This document shows, one piece after another, positions 27,827 through 33,122 of a DNA stretch of 33,122 nt. A model generated the notes under the pieces. That model was given only the letters and a program-made list of their open reading frames with translations. It was not told the DNA's origin and did not search any database. Location: IMG/VR virus record IMGVR_UViG_3300025621_000036, positions 1-33,122 of that record; one strand, given 5' to 3'. Numbering within the stretch: the stretch's first letter is position 1; each line of letters starts with the position of its first letter. A program made the translations under genes and the position numbers. Source of the DNA: a virus. Its lineage: Duplodnaviria > Caudoviricetes.

Positions 27827-28826
27827 TACTAAACGCCCCAGCGTTGGCAATAGCCCACTTACTGAACGCAGGCGCTGAAGCTATGGATGGGTCACGCTTG
27901 TATGCTAACTTCATCACCAGTGTTTGGATGTCGCCAGACATATTCTCTAGGAACTTCCACGCGTTGTCGAAGTTATCAGAGTCGATCCGTGTAGCCAAGC
28001 CCATAGCTACGCAATACTTTACGTTTAACTCGTCAGGCATTGATACCGGCTTACCTTTGAGGATGTCATCGAGTCGCGGCATGGTTTCCCATAGGCGCAG
28101 GTGTGTCTCGAATATAATCGCAGCCTCTTCGCCAACGTCACCCTTGATCATCTCGATACGATCTTGCAATGGTACGTCTATCTCCAGCACATCAGAGACA
28201 GCGAACCACGAGCGAGGTGATGGGAACGCTTGGATATTATTGCCGCCCTCAAATTTGTGCAGTAGATCGGGGCGGTCACGCAGGAATGATAGTATTTCGG
28301 GTGCTATGTCCTGAGTGATTGCGTAGTTAAGGAAATCATCTAGCGTAGTATCGACCGTGATGTCACACATACGATTCTGTAGCGGCGCTGCTAGGTTGAA
28401 CGTAACGCCACGATCTGACTTGCGGTTGCCTGCTGCAATAACCATCCACGTATCAGGGATACCAAAATCTTCTGGGGTCAGTGTTAGCTGATAAGCTGCT
28501 GCCTGTACTGCTGGCGGTGCTGACGTAATCTCATCTAGGAACAGGATGCCGCTACCAGTGCTAGGTAGAAAGTCGGGCTTAGCCCAACCAGTGCGCCCCT
28601 CGATGACGTGCGGAATACCACGTAGGTCAGTCGGGTCACATTGCGCCAGTCGCAGGTCGATTACGCCCTTCCAATCTTTTACGTGCTGGGCTAATAGGTC
28701 AGACGTTTGTTTGATTACGTCAGACTTACCGATGCCAGACTTACCGCGCAAGAACACAGTGCGCTTGCGGGTTTTTGGGTTTAGGTAACGCTTAACTAAA
28801 ATAGGTGTAACGTGTTGAATACGCAT
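27819..28826 (-). CDS. MoxR-like AAA+ ATPase
   Basis: GKSGIGKS, DLRL..CDPTDLRGIP, LFLDE, AAGN, PLQNR and PSPRSW. Confidence 0.9.
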   Translation of the reverse strand: MRIQHVTPILVKRYLNPKTRKRTVFLRGKSGIGKSDVIKQTSDLLAQHVKDWKGVIDLRLAQCDPTDLRGIPHVIEGRTGWAKPDFLPSTGSGILFLDEITSAPPAVQAAAYQLTLTPEDFGIPDTWMVIAAGNRKSDRGVTFNLAAPLQNRMCDITVDTTLDDFLNYAITQDIAPEILSFLRDRPDLLHKFEGGNNIQAFPSPRSWFAVSDVLEIDVPLQDRIEMIKGDVGEEAAIIFETHLRLWETMPRLDDILKGKPVSMPDELNVKYCVAMGLATRIDSDNFDNAWKFLENMSGDIQTLVMKLAYKRDPSIASAPAFSKWAIANAGAFSNV

Positions 28827-28861
28827 GGTGTATCTCCAATAAGTAAGTAAGTAAGTAGTTA

Positions 28862-29226
28862 TTAAGTAAACTCAGTGTATGCGTGCTGAGTAATTGCATC
28901 GTACATCTTTAGGAATTTATCGTCAAACGAGTCGCATAAGAACTCTAGGTCGTCGGCCTCCTCGCCGCAGCAAAACAGAACCCTCCTTTGTGACTTAGAA
29001 CCATTTCCAAAGACCTTTTAACTAGGTCTACAAAGCCGCAGCTTGAATACCACTTTATATCCTCATAGTGCAGGGTAAACTCTTTGTCTAGCCATATCAT
29101 ATCGGTTATAAAGTCCTCATAATGCTCATTGTCACCAAATTCTAGCGCCAAAGCTGCTCTATAGCCGATCATATCGTTAGTAGTTTGTGTCTTTACAACA
29201 ATTTTTACGTCTGATCTGTATCCCAT
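28862..29226 (-). pseudogene. Frameshifted hypothetical gene (MGYRSDV family)
   Basis: Frame stops at 28945, but a shifted frame from about 28970 continues CGEEADDLEFLCD...TEFT to a stop at 28862, filling the gap to the next leader. Confidence 0.6.
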
Positions 29227-29269
29227 AACATTTCTCCAGTAAATAAGTCACCTAATCCCGTGGGATTAG

Positions 29270-29491
29270 CTATCTGTCTATTTCATTTTGCAGGTCTAAG
29301 TGGATTTTTGCAAACGTAGCAGCGGAGAACGGAACTAGACTAGCCCCAGTATTCACCGCACCAGCAATCTCCCACTGCTTTGATCTGTAGTTTACGGTTA
29401 CAGGCACCCCTTGGCTTAGCAGCGCCGCTAATTGCAGGGCAACGTCCTGCGAAAACACCAAATCTTCACACTTCACTATGAAATAATTCAT
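29270..29491 (-). CDS. Hypothetical protein
   Basis: AAGGA RBS; stop is adjacent to a palindrome. Confidence 0.65.
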   Translation of the reverse strand: MNYFIVKCEDLVFSQDVALQLAALLSQGVPVTVNYRSKQWEIAGAVNTGASLVPFSAATFAKIHLDLQNEIDR

Positions 29492-29494
29492 TAT

Positions 29495-30376
29495 CTAGTC
29501 CTTAAGTAAGTTATCAATGGCACCGAGCAGCGCATCGGTATCAATCTTGGCTTTATCACGCGCGCCCTGACTTGCTCGCAGCGTATCGGCTGATGGAGTT
29601 ACTTCTACTACGTTTTTAGCTAACTCCATAACGCCAGCAGGTAAGATATCCTCGAAATCGTACAGCAGATTTATCTCAGCGATAATATTCTCACACACTG
29701 TGTCGCGAAACACTGGCGGCTTGATCTCTGTTTTGCCATTGCGGGCATTGAGTACCGCGCGCTCATCTTTTACAGCAGTTTCATTGAGGCGCTGGACTAC
29801 TTCACGCAATCGCTCCAGTGGTACACGCATCAGGTCATCCATTTGCTGCTTAGTTTGGGCTTCTACCTGCTTGCGTAGGGTATCGGCCTCGTCATCTTGC
29901 AGCTCGATACGGAAATCACCGCTGTCGGTCACTGGTTTGTACTGTACAGAGAACCTAAACCGGCTGCGTAGCTCGGATAGGTCAGGATAATCACCCGCAT
30001 CGAACAGATCACCCTGCGTAGTACGTGCAGAATCCATAACAGTGACCCAGTTTTGCAGGAATGCGGTGACACATTGGCTAAATTCCAGCTCAAACTGTGC
30101 CATGCGCTCTGCAAACTCCATAAAACGAGCAGATGGCAGTAAAAAGTCACCTCGGCCCCAGCTATACGACACACTTTCTAAGTATGCACGAGAAGATGAC
30201 TCGACAGCCCGGATTGGTTTTATCAAATGGTTCGGGTACAGATCTTTTCTGTAATGTCCTGCGCCATGTGCGTTGGTTGCTAGCTCGGCTGCCTGAGTTG
30301 CGCGGCCATCGGTTTTAGTCATCTGTGGCTTGCCCACTGTTAATGACACAATCATTGCGTTTTCTTTAAGGCTCAT
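29495..30376 (-). CDS. Conserved early phage protein (DUF3150-like)
   Basis: AMIVSLTV...KTD, W...FLLP...F..F, LFDAGDYP...LRSRFRF...PV...DFR pattern; AAGGAG RBS. Family name tentative. Confidence 0.65.
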   Translation of the reverse strand: MSLKENAMIVSLTVGKPQMTKTDGRATQAAELATNAHGAGHYRKDLYPNHLIKPIRAVESSSRAYLESVSYSWGRGDFLLPSARFMEFAERMAQFELEFSQCVTAFLQNWVTVMDSARTTQGDLFDAGDYPDLSELRSRFRFSVQYKPVTDSGDFRIELQDDEADTLRKQVEAQTKQQMDDLMRVPLERLREVVQRLNETAVKDERAVLNARNGKTEIKPPVFRDTVCENIIAEINLLYDFEDILPAGVMELAKNVVEVTPSADTLRASQGARDKAKIDTDALLGAIDNLLKD

Positions 30377-30451
30377 GCCTTTTCTCCTTAATCCCATGGG
30401 ATTAGTTAATAAGTAATAAAGTTGGTAAGTAAAGTCTCTCGACTGGTACCC

Positions 30452-30480
30452 ATTATATCAATCACAAGGTTGTAGGTCAA
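30452..30480 (-). promoter_or_regulatory. Strong sigma70-type promoter
   Basis: TTGACC-17 nt-TATAAT with extended TG. Confidence 0.8.
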
Positions 30481-31228
30481 ACGCGTGCCATGCGCTCTGC
30501 AAACTCCTGCCGCTTAGGTAGTAGGGTACGGGTAGGCTTTCTTCTGGTCTACCTTCTAGGGCTTTAATGCCATTTATCACAGCTTTTATGTTCTTAGGCT
30601 CGGCCTTAAAGGCTAGATTTGAGAGCACTTTCTGCTGGGTGTTGGCTCTGGATATAACAAACGCACGCGCAGGACATATATCGGCCTCGGGAATATCCGT
30701 AGCTACTAAGTCTTGTAGCCTCACGGTCTCATCCAGTGCTTCTATTATTGTGCGCTCTACAGTAATGATTTGCGTACCTTTTCGGGCGGCGTTGTAGACC
30801 TTTTCGATAGTCTCATCCAGTAATTTATTGACCCCGAAAATAGCATCGTCGTCTAGTCTGCTCCTGACTCCGTTGCTTGCCCTACTACCTAAGTCTAAGT
30901 GGTACACCTTTACAACGTCTGGGGCTATGACCTTCCGCAGTTCGGACGTAAATAAACTCATATGCCTCGCCGTAGTTGATGAGTAGATCGTAGTATTAAC
31001 CAGAATCTCGTGCTTCCCTAGGTCTTCCCTATAGCACATCATGTACATCGGACACTCATAAGAATACGCGATCACTTCTAGTTGGTCGTTTGACCCACCA
31101 ACATTCCCCACTAAGGAGTAGCGCATATTGCCGGCTTCTCTACCTTTCCGCTCCTCGACATTGCCAGACAAAATATCTAGGCACATCTCAGCAGCTTTAC
31201 GCGCTAAATCTTTATTAGTCATGCTCAT
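30458..31228 (-). CDS. Early hypothetical protein
   Basis: AYSY...YSSTTARH motif seen in early phage proteins; AAGGA RBS. Confidence 0.7.
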   Translation of the reverse strand: MSMTNKDLARKAAEMCLDILSGNVEERKGREAGNMRYSLVGNVGGSNDQLEVIAYSYECPMYMMCYREDLGKHEILVNTTIYSSTTARHMSLFTSELRKVIAPDVVKVYHLDLGSRASNGVRSRLDDDAIFGVNKLLDETIEKVYNAARKGTQIITVERTIIEALDETVRLQDLVATDIPEADICPARAFVISRANTQQKVLSNLAFKAEPKNIKAVINGIKALEGRPEESLPVPYYLSGRSLQSAWHAFDLQPCD

Positions 31229-31277
31229 AATAAGTTCCTTAATCCCATGGGATTAGTTAAATTCTCACCAAAATTCA

Positions 31278-31439
31278 TTAGTGGGTAACTTTGACAATAT
31301 CCCGCCCACCGAAATAGAACCATCGACCCGAGTACTCTGCGGGTTCAATTATTCCTGCCGTGCGGGTTGATCGCTTAACCCATAGGTTCCCACCGAACGC
31401 AAACTTAGCGCCAGCTTTAACATCTTTGAAGTTATTCAT
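31278..31439 (-). CDS. 53-aa hypothetical protein MNNFKDVKAGAKFAFGGNLWVKRSTRTA... (not in ORF track)
   Basis: Has the same 33-bp leader (palindrome, RBS, ATG) as the downstream gene. Confidence 0.75.
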   Translation of the reverse strand: MNNFKDVKAGAKFAFGGNLWVKRSTRTAGIIEPAEYSGRWFYFGGRDIVKVTH

Positions 31440-31535
31440 AATAAGTTCCTTAATCCCATGGGATTAGTCAGTAAGTAAAGGATGGCATCGGAGCCGTCAA
31501 ATGGCTAAAAAATCCGAACCCCGAGCCACGATGTT

Positions 31536-31564
31536 ATTGTCTCACTATTGGCGTTCTATGTCAA
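31536..31564 (-). promoter_or_regulatory. Sigma70-type early promoter
   Basis: TTGACA-17 nt-GACAAT with extended TG. Confidence 0.7.
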
Positions 31565-31589
31565 ATGAACAGTGTGCTTGTCAGTCACG

Positions 31590-32254
31590 TAATAAATAGA
31601 TTAGACGGACATTTTCCGGCCAGTTTGCGAGTGAGTTTGACCAGATACGCACATCACAGTTTTGTCTGTACGGTGACGTGTTGTGCAATCCTAGGCAATC
31701 TAAACTAAAAGAGGCGTCTATTTCCCCGCAGTCTACGATTGAGCACGCTAATCCCATGGGATTAAAGATTGTAGATCGCGCTAAGTGCTTGATTTATAAG
31801 GATTAGATGAAACGCTAGAAAAGGGGGCTGGCCTGTATGCCGCGTCGTTCCTCACATTAGTAAAAATCGTAGATTGGGAAATAACGCTAAGTGCTTGATT
31901 TATAAGACATTAGATGAATAGATGGAAAAAAACAACGAACGGAAATCTATAAAGCCAAGAACGCCAGACTCGGCTTGGTGGCCTTTGAGCGCCCAGAATC
32001 TCAGGGGTGCTCTATATATATATCTTATCTATAAACTAAATATATATATAGGGGCTTTTTCGACAGTGCTAAGTGCCGCAAGCCCTTGATTTGTAAGGGG
32101 TTTTTACACGTCCTAGATATTACAGTCACACGAACTGTAGATTGGCCGTTTCAATCTCATCTAATTTAGGCTAAGTCATTGATTTATAACGATAATTCCT
32201 ATCTACAAAATACGTCAGGCACATATCGGTTATTTATCTAATCCCATGGGATTA
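31590..32254. other. Non-coding repeat-rich region, candidate replication origin
   Basis: Four AAGnnnTTGATTT(A/G)TAA repeats, many TAGA(T/C) motifs in both orientations, central AT-rich inverted repeat, no credible ORF. Confidence 0.5.
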
Positions 32255-32263
32255 AGCGCCGCC

Positions 32264-32362
32264 CGCTCATTTATGTGCTGCCAAATGATAGTAGAGCAGC
32301 CGCTCATTTATCTGCCAGAAGCTCGGCCAAATGATAGTAGGCTTGGTCAGTATGATAGTAGT
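32264..32362 (+). repeat. Short direct repeats CCGCTCATTTAT x2, GCCAAATGATAGTAG x2, ATGATAGTAG x3
   Basis: Read directly from the sequence. Confidence 0.8.
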
Positions 32363-32384
32363 CAGGTGTTTTTCAGAAAAACGG

Positions 32385-32406
32385 AAAAACCCGCCGGAGC
32401 GGGTTT
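32385..32406 (-). terminator. Intrinsic terminator of the 188-aa early gene
   Basis: AAACCCGC-TCCG-GCGGGTTT followed by TTCCGTTTTT on the - strand. Confidence 0.8.
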
Positions 32407-32424
32407 AGTTGGGTTGGGTGTGAC

Positions 32425-32991
32425 TTACTTCTTTTTCAGTAAGTATCCGTTAGCGGCCAGTGTGGCTTTCAGCTTCGCAATAAACGCGACTTCGCCCGCT
32501 TCGATGTTGCTTGCAATGATTCGCATCATTTGGTCAACCGGCGTAACCGCTGGCGCTTTCGCTACTGGCGTTTTTGGCTCCCGCTTTTGAGTAGCGCGGC
32601 CTATGCCGTTATCATCGCGCACCGCTTTCGCCGCCGCTTTCATCGCGTGTTTTGGTAAGTCCAGCGCTTCGCCCGCCGTTGTGTGAACCTCTTCGCCTTT
32701 TACTTCAATAGTCACTGGCGCCTGAGAGCACGCTAGCAGGGTCAAACCGTCTTTAAAGTTGGCGCGCACATTGTTGTCACCGCCTATAATATCTTTGTAG
32801 CAAAGCATAACTTTGTTGATGCGCTCTGATAATGGTAGGTTAGCATCTAATTGACGCGCTGCCGCTTTCGCCGCTTCTTTGCACGCTTGCAACATTGAAC
32901 CGGACGCCTTGCACGCTGCCTTTAATGATACGGAAACCGCTTCGATGGGCGCGAGAGTTTTTGTGGGCGCAACTGTATTAATAATAGCCAT
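32425..32991 (-). CDS. Ala/Lys-rich early hypothetical protein (188 aa)
   Basis: ATG preceded by GGTGA RBS and ACTT repeats; own promoter and terminator. Confidence 0.75.
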   Translation of the reverse strand: MAIINTVAPTKTLAPIEAVSVSLKAACKASGSMLQACKEAAKAAARQLDANLPLSERINKVMLCYKDIIGGDNNVRANFKDGLTLLACSQAPVTIEVKGEEVHTTAGEALDLPKHAMKAAAKAVRDDNGIGRATQKREPKTPVAKAPAVTPVDQMMRIIASNIEAGEVAFIAKLKATLAANGYLLKKK

Positions 32992-33049
32992 TTGAATCAC
33001 CATAAGTAAGTAAGTAAATTGAAGAGCTGAATTGCTATCCAATACAAGC

Positions 33050-33078
33050 ATATTATAGATATGTGGCGAATATGTCAA
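33050..33078 (-). promoter_or_regulatory. Sigma70-type early promoter
   Basis: TTGACA followed by TAATAT at 17 nt (or TATAAT at 15 nt); a palindrome lies 12 bp upstream of the -35. Confidence 0.75.
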
Positions 33079-33122
33079 CCACGTATTAACTAATCCCGTG
33101 GGATTATCGTCATGTATATGAT

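Larger units (their letters stand above)
27559..33106. repeat. Dispersed 16-bp palindrome TAATCCC(A/G)TGGGATTA, 8 copies
   Basis: Copies start at 27559, 29253 (G), 30389, 31240, 31451, 31749, 32239 and 33091 (G); none noticed in 1-27500. Confidence 0.95.

Noticed and set aside
30377-30397. ORF-track start at 30397 for the 300-aa gene
   Set aside because: That ATG lies within the palindrome; the AAGGAG RBS supports 30376.
31470-31530. Structured leader or riboswitch after the 31536 promoter
   Set aside because: Only short imperfect stems and no recognisable family; cannot be supported without covariance analysis.
31779-32190. AAGnnnTTGATTT repeats as dif/Xer or integrase att sites
   Set aside because: They lack the XerC/XerD dyad organisation and no integrase is present in the window; kept only as origin-like repeats.
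32246-32590. + strand 114-aa ORF
   Set aside because: Its ATG is the palindrome centre; it crosses repeats and a terminator and overlaps a better - strand gene.
32992-33078. N-terminal extension of the last gene to 33078
   Set aside because: The TTG is the -35 box; the RBS supports ATG at 32991.
27559-33106. Palindrome repeats as a CRISPR array
   Set aside because: Spacing is irregular (211 bp to 1.7 kb) and whole genes lie between copies; the Cas4-like gene is an ordinary phage exonuclease.

Overview
About 33 kb of a tailed dsDNA phage genome, probably infecting a proteobacterium and resembling marine phages (inference). It has two convergent arms. The + arm (1-13821) is the end of the virion module: a repeat-rich tail fibre/tip with a DUF1983-like C-terminus, tail accessory genes, a fibre chaperone, a GNAT-like protein, three internal/ejection proteins (one 2042 aa) and two small basic ORFs. 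The - arm (13842-33122) carries early and replication genes: DUF927-type primase-helicase, an ssDNA-binding-like protein, SNF2 helicase, VRR-NUC, PD-(D/E)XK exonuclease, Leu762-type PolA, a MoxR-like AAA ATPase with a metallopeptidase-VWA partner, and many small ORFs. The most striking unexplained structure is a 16-bp palindrome, TAATCCC(A/G)TGGGATTA, seen 8 times and only in the last 5.6 kb. Copies lie at gene boundaries, are fused to ribosome-binding sites, form longer exact direct repeats around gene-sized cassettes, and bracket a repeat-rich origin-like region. Other highlights are a candidate anti-Shine-Dalgarno small RNA, a self-contained 22-aa membrane peptide unit, a 23-bp duplication linking a promoter to the interior of its gene, and a frameshifted gene. 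All family assignments are from motif recognition by eye, not database searches.
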